A stretch of 64,000 nt of DNA from Candidatus Poribacteria bacterium. GTDB lineage: Bacteria; Poribacteria; WGA-4E; WGA-3G. The stretch lies in contig OZ242029.1 in NCBI GenBank assembly GCA_965205015.1, positions 3,264,001 through 3,328,000 on the forward strand. The letters are read 5' to 3'. Shown here piece after piece: positions 19,251 to 27,907 of this stretch; position 1 is the first letter of the stretch, and each line of letters starts with the position of its first letter. A program made the translations under genes and the position numbers. Under the pieces are notes generated by a model, which ran no database searches, was not told the DNA's origin, and saw only the letters and a list, made by a program, of their open reading frames with translations.

Positions 19251-20846
19251 TTATTCGACTGTCAAACCTTGCATATCTGTTTGTGCCTGTGTGACAGCTT
19301 CTTCATCAAGTGTGGGTCGTTTAATGATGGAGAAAACATCATAAACTGCGGTTGCCCCCTTGTGGCTCAGAGATTTTGCCGTTACTTCAAGCACTTGGTC
19401 AAAGTTATATTTGTAAGTAACATGAACAGGAGATCCTGCTGGTAGTCCTGGGGGTAGTTCGAGGGTACATTCACCCAATTTATATTCGTCGAAAAGATCT
19501 ATATCGTCTTTTCGTTGATCCTGTTCAAGGCTCTGGACAACCTCAATCAAGACTAAGCGTTGGTTGTTGTCCACTGTTCCAAACTGATCTGCTATCTCAC
19601 AGGGGACTGGAGTCATTTTCTTAATCATGACGTGGATAATAGACTCGCGTGCTGCGTTGAGAACAACAAGCCCAAGATTATGTGTAGCACCATCGGTCAC
19701 AGTCACTTTAGGAGCACCGTCCGCTCCGATGAACTGTTCAATCACAGCGGCAGACATATCGGCTGTTGCTGCGTCCTCTTCGGATATCTGGCGGAGTGTT
19801 CCCTGAATTGCTGCCCCCAAGGCAACCGCTTCGTCAGGGTTGATTTCATTCGGGTTGATCTCTTTACCGCTGATGGTTGCGAGCATTTCTTGCACCATGG
19901 GCATCCGAGTGGATCCCCCTACTAATAGTACGGTGTCAATATCTGTCCATGTCATGTTGCCTTCATCGAGGACTATGTCGCAGAGGACTCGACATCTCTC
20001 AAGGAGTGCAGCAGTGAGTTCCTGAAACTTTTCACGCGTCAATTCTACACGTGTCGTCTTACCATTATATCCGCAAACGATGCGTGCTTTTTCTCGCCGT
20101 GACAAAGATTCTTTCGCACCGATTGCATTAAGTTGAAGGTCTTGATACGTGTGAAGGTCCTGTAACGGGTTCTCACCGTGTTCAATCTCAAACATTTTGG
20201 CAACATAGATAATAATGGCATTGTCCCAATCTTTACCCCCGAGTCTGTGATCTCCGTTCGTTGCGAGCATCTGGATTGTGGATTGGGAAACTTTCATAAG
20301 GGTTACATCGAGTGTTCCACCGCCAAGGTCAAACACAAATACGTTCTGGTCGGTGTCGAGTTGATCTATTCCATAAGCGAGCGCGGCGGCCGTCGGTTCG
20401 TTCAGTACCTGTAGGACGTTCAACCCGGCAATTTTACCGGCGTTGCGCGTGGCTTCGCGTTCTGCATCGCGAAAATAGGCGGGAACCGTAATAACAGCAT
20501 CCGTGATTTCGGTGTTGAGATATGCTTCGGCATCTTGTTTGAGTTTTGTCAAAATCAGTGCGGATAGTTCTTCGGGTGAATAGTTCTTATCATCAAAGTT
20601 TCGGAAAAACGTTTCTTTTGATTTCCCCATCTCGCGTTTGACGAATTCAACAATTTGTTCTGGAACTGATCTGGCGTTCTGTTTGGCGATTTTTCCGACG
20701 GTAACAAGATCGTCTTCAAACATAACCACCGACGGGGTAATCCGATCGCTTTCGGCGTTCGGTATAATTTCTGGCTGCCCATATTCGTCAATGTGCGCAA
20801 TGGCTGAAAATGTTGTACCTAAATCAATACCAACAACTTTACCCAT
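19251..20846 (-). CDS. Atypical Hsp70 (DnaK-like) protein, 531 aa
   Basis: GIDLGTTFS, TVPAYF, NEPTAAALAYG, FDLGGGTLDV, LGGKDWD, LVGGSTRMP, NPDEAVALGAA; short C-terminus. Confidence 0.95.
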   Translation of the reverse strand: MGKVVGIDLGTTFSAIAHIDEYGQPEIIPNAESDRITPSVVMFEDDLVTVGKIAKQNARSVPEQIVEFVKREMGKSKETFFRNFDDKNYSPEELSALILTKLKQDAEAYLNTEITDAVITVPAYFRDAEREATRNAGKIAGLNVLQVLNEPTAAALAYGIDQLDTDQNVFVFDLGGGTLDVTLMKVSQSTIQMLATNGDHRLGGKDWDNAIIIYVAKMFEIEHGENPLQDLHTYQDLQLNAIGAKESLSRREKARIVCGYNGKTTRVELTREKFQELTAALLERCRVLCDIVLDEGNMTWTDIDTVLLVGGSTRMPMVQEMLATISGKEINPNEINPDEAVALGAAIQGTLRQISEEDAATADMSAAVIEQFIGADGAPKVTVTDGATHNLGLVVLNAARESIIHVMIKKMTPVPCEIADQFGTVDNNQRLVLIEVVQSLEQDQRKDDIDLFDEYKLGECTLELPPGLPAGSPVHVTYKYNFDQVLEVTAKSLSHKGATAVYDVFSIIKRPTLDEEAVTQAQTDMQGLTVE

Positions 20847-21732
20847 CTATATCTGTCTCCTTTTCGGGTTTTGAATTTTCGACCATATCCTTTTTAGGTG
20901 TTGTTTCTTGGAGGACTGCCGTTTCTTGAGATTCATTCTCAGGCTGCGTATACCGTGAGATTTTCACCTCTGCTGGACGAATTACCTTCTCGTGCCAATA
21001 GAAACCGACTTTATGAATGTGAACCACCTTTTGATCTTCATCAGGGTTCGCTGTTGGCACGGTCTCAACGGTCTTATGAAGTTCTCTATTAAGATTCTCG
21101 GAATGATCTTCTGCTTCATAGGGACGGACATCCATGCGATACAGCACCTCTTCCAGTTCAAAACGGAGATTCTCCAAATTGCTACGAAAGTGTGTCAATT
21201 TTTCTTGGGTATATGGATGAGACGGCACTTCTGCCTGTCCTTCATCACAGATTTCGGTTAATTGCGATTCAACCTCCACAAAACTATCATACAACTGAAT
21301 GAGATTATGGACAATTGGTTTATGAATTGCCTCAAGAAGGGCATTTTCCTTGTAATCCTTCATTTCACGATAGACTGTGGCGAACATCTTTTGTTGATTC
21401 TGGTTACGCCCGATCTGATGTTGAAACAGATTCTCTAACCGCGTCAAGGATTGGTGCATCCCCGTTAGAACGTTTTGAAGAGGTTCAATACCTTTATTCT
21501 CAGACGGGGCTGCTTCTTTCGTTGAAGTGGTATCAGGAGCTACCTCGGTTTGAGAACCGTTTCCGTTTTTGGTTGGATGTGGGGTCTTCTCAGGCGTTCG
21601 CGGTGTTGATCCAACATCCTTCTCTGATCCGCTTTCTACGTTACCCGCTGCCTCTTTCGAAGAAAAATCGGTATCCATATCAGAATTTGAAGCCGCGCTT
21701 GTCTCATCAGTCTTTAACGCTTCTTTGCACAA
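20839..21732 (-). CDS. GrpE-like nucleotide exchange factor with long disordered N-terminus
   Basis: Coiled coil, then LIQLYD...HKTVETVPT...KVGFYWHEKVIRPAEVKI; stop overlaps the Hsp70 start (ATGGGTAA). Confidence 0.85.
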   Translation of the reverse strand: MCKEALKTDETSAASNSDMDTDFSSKEAAGNVESGSEKDVGSTPRTPEKTPHPTKNGNGSQTEVAPDTTSTKEAAPSENKGIEPLQNVLTGMHQSLTRLENLFQHQIGRNQNQQKMFATVYREMKDYKENALLEAIHKPIVHNLIQLYDSFVEVESQLTEICDEGQAEVPSHPYTQEKLTHFRSNLENLRFELEEVLYRMDVRPYEAEDHSENLNRELHKTVETVPTANPDEDQKVVHIHKVGFYWHEKVIRPAEVKISRYTQPENESQETAVLQETTPKKDMVENSKPEKETDIDG

Positions 21733-21876
21733 AATTACTATCTCCTTCCAGTGTCAAAACGTAACTGCCTTGTGGGGCGATGCGCTCTTTTTTTTTCACT
21801 ATAAAGCAACATGTACTCGTTGCCAGCAATACCCGACATATAGCAAAATTTAGAATTAATTGGACACTCTGCCCCA

Positions 21877-21900
21877 GCGAGGTTGGGAAACCTCGCCTAC
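21877..21900. repeat. REP-like palindrome (related copy at 59765-59781)
   Basis: GCGAGGTT-GGGA-AACCTCGC-CTAC versus CGAGGTT-AGA-AACCTCG. Confidence 0.6.
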
Positions 21901-21949
21901 CGAGTACGGGTGGAATGTCTGTTTATTTTTCGGATTTACCATATAAGAC

Positions 21950-22195
21950 TCAACAACACTGCGACACTAACTTCCAATAGTTGGCGTGGTGCACAAAAAG
22001 TTGTTGTCTGTCCAACTCAAACACGGGAATCAGATACTTATATTTCGTGAAGAGTCCGAGATTCTTTGTGATGTCAATTTCTTCTACTGCAATAAACAAT
22101 GTCTTTGCTTCAATGCGCTGCAGCACCACTTTTGCCTCGTCGCAGAGCGGGCAATCCGGTTTCGTGTAGAGCTGGAGTTGGATTGGAATTTCCAT
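21950..22195 (-). CDS. Glutaredoxin-like protein (DUF836-type), copy 2, with shorter C-terminus
   Basis: MEIPIQLQLYTKPDCPLCDEAKVVLQRIEAK; DNA near-identical to 13296-13470. Confidence 0.75.
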   Translation of the reverse strand: MEIPIQLQLYTKPDCPLCDEAKVVLQRIEAKTLFIAVEEIDITKNLGLFTKYKYLIPVFELDRQQLFVHHANYWKLVSQCC

Positions 22196-22414
22196 ACGCT
22201 AAAGTTTAGCACAAGCAGCGAAGAATTACACTCACTTTTTACGTCTATCCCAAAGGCATGCCATTGTTAAATTGTCTGAATCGTGGATTACACGGATTAC
22301 GTAGACTTTAAGATATTTACCATCGGAAACAGATTCGAGACTTGGAGAATTTCATACAGAATTGAATGGCTCTGATTTACCTCATTTTTTCCATTGACCC
22401 CATTGACAAACCAT

Positions 22415-22443
22415 TTGACTTTTGTCAGAAACTTTGGTATATT
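22415..22443 (+). promoter_or_regulatory. Sigma70-type promoter for the 859-aa gene
   Basis: TTGACT-17 bp-TATATT with extended -10 TG. Confidence 0.6.
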
Positions 22444-22759
22444 TAAAGTAGCGTAGTTGGTAGAGAATGCTACCCTCGTCGCGTAGCGAGGTCTCTACCG
22501 CCACTGAGTACCATCGGGAACTATGCGGGGGTCAACTCTGCGAAATATCACACACAAACTTTTTCATGATAAAGACTTGAAGCGTCTGCATAATGATATG
22601 AAAGATGCGAGTCGCCGATGTTCTACAGATAGAATGCCGATAAACTGTCAAAAGCACGAAGGGCGCGTTCCCGTAAGGTCATCAGAATAAACATCTCATG
22701 CTCACCTCGGTCAGGCGAATATCTCGGAGATTTTCGTTCAAAAAAAAAAGGAAATATTT

Positions 22760-25339
22760 ATGATACGCGGAACTGTTGAGACCAAGTTAAGACCTATCAA
22801 GTTAGCATTCCTTGTAAACCCTGAAGATAGAGTTTCTCTGCAGCAAGCTATAGAAATTAACACTTTTCTGTGGGGTGGAGTGTATAATCCAATAATTCCG
22901 ACTTATAAAGAACTTCCTGCCGGATGGCAAGATGACCCTTTTCTTAGAAGTCCAAGCCCTCAAGAATTGGTTTCTGGCTACTTGGACAATTTTGATCCTG
23001 ACTATGTTGTTCCGATGGGTGAGTGTGTTGATTATACCCCTGATGTTGATGATTTCAATAAAATCACGGATGTATCAGAGATACTTGAATCAGTCGATAC
23101 AGACGATGCGCCTATCTACGGAATAGGTCTTTTTGAAGTTTTGAGTTACTTTTTTGAGAAAGAACTCAAATTTCAAAGGAAATATCCATTAGATATATGC
23201 GTGCCTCAATTTAACGGTAACTTTGATCTCTTTTTTGCGAGTGTTTTTGGGAAACTGTCTGAAAGTATTAACACGATTTTTTGGGAACGCGTTGCTAATC
23301 ATTTAGAAGTAAAAAGAATAGATTGTTCCGCCTCAAACTACGTAGAGTTGCTTGAATTCCCACTCTTTTTGAGGCGTATGACCCGTTTATACCTTACGCA
23401 TAGTGGTAATTATGAGGAGTGTGTTTACCTCCTGGATGTCACTAAACCGATTGATGTTATAGATTATTGGAATCTTCGAGCTGTTGGTTGGAAAGTGTTT
23501 GCTGTCCCAAAACAATTTTCACAAGATGACATAGTTCAGAAAACTGTTCAACGTATTATTGAAGAGAAGTACGCTTACTACGACGATCCGATAAAAGATC
23601 AGTTTTATCGCCCGATAACACTTTTGAAAAGCCGATCTGTCTCTGAAGATGAACAGAGGCAATTTGTAGATTCATTGGGTAGTTCACTTTCTGATATACC
23701 CAATAAAGATAAAGGTCCAAAGTACTTGTTTAAGACGATGTATCCGAGAATATGGGACGAATGGGCACGAAGTCGTGACCATGTTGAATGTTGCGAGATT
23801 AAATCTGACACAGTGGAGCATGATATATCAACGAACGAAGCAACGATTCGTGTAAAAACCTTGGAACCGAAATTTTCTCGCCATCTTTTTACCGGATTAG
23901 GGGAACCGCGTTTTGTAAACGAATTTAATCTGCGATTATACAGTGATAAACAACTCTTAGCGGATATAATCCCTAAAGGCGATTTGCACCTTGCTAGTGT
24001 GATCAGTAGATATGATCGACTCAACTGGCGTATATCCAGAAAAGGGTTAGTCCACCTGTCCAAACATTCAGAAAGAGGCTTGGAACTATTTATCCCTGAA
24101 GCAGAATCGATTTTCACAAGATGGTTGGAATTGCAAGGATGGACAGTCAAACTAAGATCTCCGGGTAAAATTGCCAAGCAGATGCTACAACAGCTTGATG
24201 GTATTGATGGTACTTGGATCTTGGCAAAAAAGGGCATTATTGAACTTTTAGGAGAAATGAGTAGCTATGCCAATATCCTAAAGAGGGTCCCCGAGGAACT
24301 GACAAAATTACAAACGTCTTTACAACAGAACGGAGTTCAGGGTTCGGCAGATGAGATTGAAGGATTTGTAAAACATCTCAAAGAGATTGAACCGCAACTC
24401 GCAGATGACAAAAGACCTATGCTCGCAACGATTTTTTGGAGAAGGCTTAATGAGATTGTGGGGAAACCATTGGAGAAAGAAGAAGGATGGTCAAACGAAG
24501 TTCATAGGCGACGGGTTGATATTGAAGCAAAAGAGATCCGTAAGAAACTGATTGATTCAAATGCTCTCCAACTGGGACTGGAAGTTCAGTGCACGGTATG
24601 TAATAAACGCTCGTGGTATTCTCTGAAAAATTCGGATTACGAGTTACGATGTCCAGAATGCCATGCACAATTTGCCTTTCCACAAAATATTGAAGATATT
24701 CAGTGGGCATATCGTACACTCGGTGCCTTTAGTTCGTCTAACCAAGCTGACGGTGCCTACACGATGCTTTTGACGTTTCGTTTTTTCACTGTATTACTTG
24801 ATGGTGCAACAACTCCACTTATGAGTTTTGAAATTCAAAAAGCGGGGAAAGATCCTTTAGAAGTTGATTTGGGTCTATTTTTCCAAAGATCTAAATTCTC
24901 TAAATCCGAAACTAAAATCATTTTTGCGGAATGTAAAACATTTAATCCATTTGAACAGAAAGATATTGATAGAATGAGAGATTTAGGAAACGCTTTTCCC
25001 GGCGCGATCCTCGTCTTTGCCAAACTCACAGAATCCTTTAATGATGAGGAGAAAGCACTTCTTAGTCCTTTGGTAGAAGCATCTTGGGAACGCTATGGTA
25101 AAAATCAGCCATATAATCCTATATTGATCCTTACTGGAAAAGAACTTTATCTGGATTTGCTCTGGGAATCACATTTGGCTAAAGTTCGATACTGGGATTT
25201 ATTAGATATTTGTTCTTTGACGCAGGAATTGTATTTGGGCAGAGACTTGAGGCGTGAGCAAGATAACAACATTGAGCAGCGTGTAACACGTGCAACATGG
25301 TCGCCTATTGTTCGTCCACAGAACAATCAAAATCAATAG
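22760..25339 (+). CDS. Uncharacterised 859-aa protein with Zn-ribbon and C-terminal PD-(D/E)XK-like nuclease motif
   Basis: CTVC...CPEC; EVDLG...IIFAECKT; AT-richer than flanking metabolic genes. Confidence 0.7.
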   Translation: MIRGTVETKLRPIKLAFLVNPEDRVSLQQAIEINTFLWGGVYNPIIPTYKELPAGWQDDPFLRSPSPQELVSGYLDNFDPDYVVPMGECVDYTPDVDDFNKITDVSEILESVDTDDAPIYGIGLFEVLSYFFEKELKFQRKYPLDICVPQFNGNFDLFFASVFGKLSESINTIFWERVANHLEVKRIDCSASNYVELLEFPLFLRRMTRLYLTHSGNYEECVYLLDVTKPIDVIDYWNLRAVGWKVFAVPKQFSQDDIVQKTVQRIIEEKYAYYDDPIKDQFYRPITLLKSRSVSEDEQRQFVDSLGSSLSDIPNKDKGPKYLFKTMYPRIWDEWARSRDHVECCEIKSDTVEHDISTNEATIRVKTLEPKFSRHLFTGLGEPRFVNEFNLRLYSDKQLLADIIPKGDLHLASVISRYDRLNWRISRKGLVHLSKHSERGLELFIPEAESIFTRWLELQGWTVKLRSPGKIAKQMLQQLDGIDGTWILAKKGIIELLGEMSSYANILKRVPEELTKLQTSLQQNGVQGSADEIEGFVKHLKEIEPQLADDKRPMLATIFWRRLNEIVGKPLEKEEGWSNEVHRRRVDIEAKEIRKKLIDSNALQLGLEVQCTVCNKRSWYSLKNSDYELRCPECHAQFAFPQNIEDIQWAYRTLGAFSSSNQADGAYTMLLTFRFFTVLLDGATTPLMSFEIQKAGKDPLEVDLGLFFQRSKFSKSETKIIFAECKTFNPFEQKDIDRMRDLGNAFPGAILVFAKLTESFNDEEKALLSPLVEASWERYGKNQPYNPILILTGKELYLDLLWESHLAKVRYWDLLDICSLTQELYLGRDLRREQDNNIEQRVTRATWSPIVRPQNNQNQ

Positions 25340-25397
25340 ATGCTGTCCTTAATTTCTCATTTGTAAAAGGCGCGATGAATTGCGCTACTAAAAGTAG

Positions 25398-25910
25398 GTG
25401 ATGACGATGAAAAATGGTATTAAAGTTTTATTCGGAATTATCGGAGTTGTCCTCATATTTTTCTCAGGAGGTTGGGCACAAGAACGGTTCAATTTAGGTG
25501 TTGACCTTTTCAATCAGAACCATCTTGAAGAAGGATTAAAACGCTATGTACCTACGCGTATGCAATGGCTCGCACTTGAATTAGAAAGACGTAATTTGTT
25601 CACACTTGGTCAGATGGAGAGTATTGGATTTTATGTGTCTTATACAGATTATTACGGTCAGCTCCATGCCAATCTAACATATGGGTATAAGTTAGAATAT
25701 AAAAAAGTCAAAGATGCAATAGAGTTAGTGAAGACAGATATATCAATGATTGCGAAGGAATACGGGTGGGACTCATGGGTCCGTGTTCAGCTTACAGTTG
25801 ATAGGTCTCTCTTTGAGAAGGTTGGGGACTTCTGGCATAAACGCGAGCGAATTGCACCAGAGATTTATGAATGGAAGGGGACAGAACAACCTAAACTCTT
25901 AAAGTTCTAA
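25398..25910 (+). CDS. Hypothetical secreted protein
   Basis: Signal peptide MKNGIKVLFGIIGVVLIFFSGGWA; no recognisable domain. Confidence 0.65.
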   Translation: MMTMKNGIKVLFGIIGVVLIFFSGGWAQERFNLGVDLFNQNHLEEGLKRYVPTRMQWLALELERRNLFTLGQMESIGFYVSYTDYYGQLHANLTYGYKLEYKKVKDAIELVKTDISMIAKEYGWDSWVRVQLTVDRSLFEKVGDFWHKRERIAPEIYEWKGTEQPKLLKF

Positions 25911-26044
25911 TTATCGGAATCCATTATGTAGTGTGCTGGTTTCTTGGCTTTATAAATATCTGAAAAATAAAATCGCATTTAGGGATTTTGAGGCATGCAG
26001 GTCAGCAGAGGTACGAACACTCAGGTAGTATGCAGACGAACCGT

Positions 26045-26082
26045 TGTAGAACTGATACTCTTGTGTAGAACTGATACTCTTG
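26045..26082. repeat. Perfect 19-bp tandem duplication upstream of hicA
   Basis: TGTAGAACTGATACTCTTG x2. Confidence 0.85.
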
Positions 26083-26168
26083 TTGGTTGTGTTCCTTATC
26101 GCCTTGGCCCTCTTTGAGATGAACATTTATTTTTTTCTCTTCCAGAGAGGCAGGCGAGGCACTGCAAA

Positions 26169-26441
26169 ATGGAATTAAGTAAGAATCATATTAGGACTTT
26201 ACAAACTATTTTTAGAACACCAGTAGCTCGCACTTTACAATGGAGGCGCATTGAAGCTCTTATTGTAGCTCTTGGCGGTATAAAAACGGAAGGGGATGGT
26301 TCTCGCGTGAAATTTGAATTAGAAGATGAAACTATACATCTTCATCGACCTCACCAAAAAGAGGCGAAACCTTATCAAATACGAGAATTAAGGGAGTTCT
26401 TACTGAAAGCAGGTGTAACAAATGAAACCTATGATATATAA
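26169..26441 (+). CDS. hicA: HicA family toxin
   Basis: LQWRRIEALIVALGG..EGDGSRVKF...LHRPH.KEAKPYQIRELREFL. Confidence 0.9.
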   Translation: MELSKNHIRTLQTIFRTPVARTLQWRRIEALIVALGGIKTEGDGSRVKFELEDETIHLHRPHQKEAKPYQIRELREFLLKAGVTNETYDI

Positions 26442-26694
26442 AGGCTATAAAGCAGAAATTTCATATAGCGATGAGGATGAATGCTTTGTTGGGCATGTCG
26501 TTAATATTGATTCAATGGTAAGTTTTCATGGCAATACAGATGATGAATTAAGAACAGCTTTTCAAGAAATGATAGACTTCTATATTCAAACATCCGGCAA
26601 ACCAGAAAATTTCGTAACAATACCATTTGATATTTATGCAGAAAGAGGTAATAATTTTGACCCCAGAGCAGGAGGCAGAACACGGTATTTCTGA
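26422..26694 (+). CDS. hicB: HicB family antitoxin (short, atypical C-terminus)
   Basis: M.YKGYKAEISYSDEDECFVGHV.NI...VSFHG....ELRTAFQEMIDFY; overlaps hicA. Confidence 0.85.
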   Translation: MKPMIYKGYKAEISYSDEDECFVGHVVNIDSMVSFHGNTDDELRTAFQEMIDFYIQTSGKPENFVTIPFDIYAERGNNFDPRAGGRTRYF

Positions 26695-26726
26695 GATTAC
26701 AAGAGCGATCCCTAAGGAGAAAAAAC

Positions 26727-27722
26727 GTGAAATTAAAACTTGCACAATACGGTATTTCCCACGATCACGCTGGCGGGAAAGCCAACGTCATGAAGGAAAG
26801 TGATGAGATTGAGTTTGCTGGTGTCTTTGAACCATCATTAGAAGTCCGAGAAACACTTGGTCAAAGTCCAGTCTATGACGGCGTTCACTGGTTCACATCC
26901 AAAGAAGAAATACTCAAAGATGAGACAATCGTTGGGGTTGCGGCGCAGGGACGGGTGTCACAGAATCTCACCTTTGCCCGAGAAATTCTTGAACACGACA
27001 AGCATGTGTGGTTCGATAAGCCTGCGGGTGATAATCTTGATGAATTTCAAGAGGTTTTGGACATTGCACGAGACAAGAAGTTGCTCGTTCAACTCGGTTA
27101 TATGTTCCGTTACAATGCCGGCTTTCAGTTTATCCTTGATTGGGCGAACACCGGCAAGCTCGGTGACATTTTCTCTGTTCGGGCAAGAATCTCATCCAGT
27201 CTTTCAAGCGACGCGCATTGGAAACGTTGGGATTCACTCGGTGAACACTCAGGGGGCATTATGTTCATTCTCGCCTGTCATCTCACCGATATTATCGTGG
27301 CGTTGTTGGGACGCCCCACACGGGTGGCACCCTTTTCAAGGCATGATGGGCATGACGTGCCGTGGTATCGGAACAATACGGCGGCTGTCCTTGAATATCC
27401 CAGAGCATTGGCGATTCTTGAGTCAACGGCATTGGAAGTCGATGCGGGTAAATCCAGGCGATTGGAAGTCTACGGGACACGCGGCAGTGCGATTCTTGAG
27501 CCGCTTGAACCGCCAGCGTTGCGGTTGTGTCTGGACGAGGCGCGGGATGGATATGTGAAAGGTTGGCAGACAGTGCCAGTGGAGCCACGACCGCGTTACG
27601 TCGAGAGTCTTCGGGCGTTCATCGCTGATATTCGGGGAGAGAAATCTCCGGATCGTTCCCTTGATCACGAGTTCACAGTTCAGGAAACCGTGCTACGGGC
27701 GGCAGGACTGCGACAGGAATAA
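26727..27722 (+). CDS. Gfo/Idh/MocA family oxidoreductase
   Basis: KHVWFDKPAG, QLGYMFRYN, GGIMFILACHLTD. Confidence 0.9.
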   Translation: MKLKLAQYGISHDHAGGKANVMKESDEIEFAGVFEPSLEVRETLGQSPVYDGVHWFTSKEEILKDETIVGVAAQGRVSQNLTFAREILEHDKHVWFDKPAGDNLDEFQEVLDIARDKKLLVQLGYMFRYNAGFQFILDWANTGKLGDIFSVRARISSSLSSDAHWKRWDSLGEHSGGIMFILACHLTDIIVALLGRPTRVAPFSRHDGHDVPWYRNNTAAVLEYPRALAILESTALEVDAGKSRRLEVYGTRGSAILEPLEPPALRLCLDEARDGYVKGWQTVPVEPRPRYVESLRAFIADIRGEKSPDRSLDHEFTVQETVLRAAGLRQE

Positions 27723-27743
27723 AGAACCCACTTTAATTTTTGA

Positions 27744-27772
27744 TTGACATTCTTCTTAAATCTGATTATACT
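27744..27772 (+). promoter_or_regulatory. Sigma70-type promoter
   Basis: TTGACA-17 bp-TATACT. Confidence 0.65.
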
Positions 27773-27907
27773 TTATGTTAACTGAACAATGGTGGGATGA
27801 TAGTGTTAGGCGGAAGCACTCCCGCATCCGAACTGTTTGTAGCTGAGATGAATTATCCGTAATCAGATCACAAAGCGTGTTACAATGGTTAAGGGTGGAT
27901 GTAAACG

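Noticed and set aside
19251-20846. Calling this the housekeeping dnaK of a heat-shock operon
   Set aside because: It is too short, has a non-canonical linker and lacks adjacent hrcA or canonical dnaJ, so the gene symbol is withheld.
22232-22270. Short match (TTTTTACGTCT, ...RRKK) between this region and the 3' end of the ankyrin gene as an extended duplication boundary
   Set aside because: Only 11 bp, with different spacing to the glutaredoxin copies; could be chance.
22280-22310. GGATTACACGGATTAC short repeat as a regulatory site
   Set aside because: Too short and isolated to support a call.
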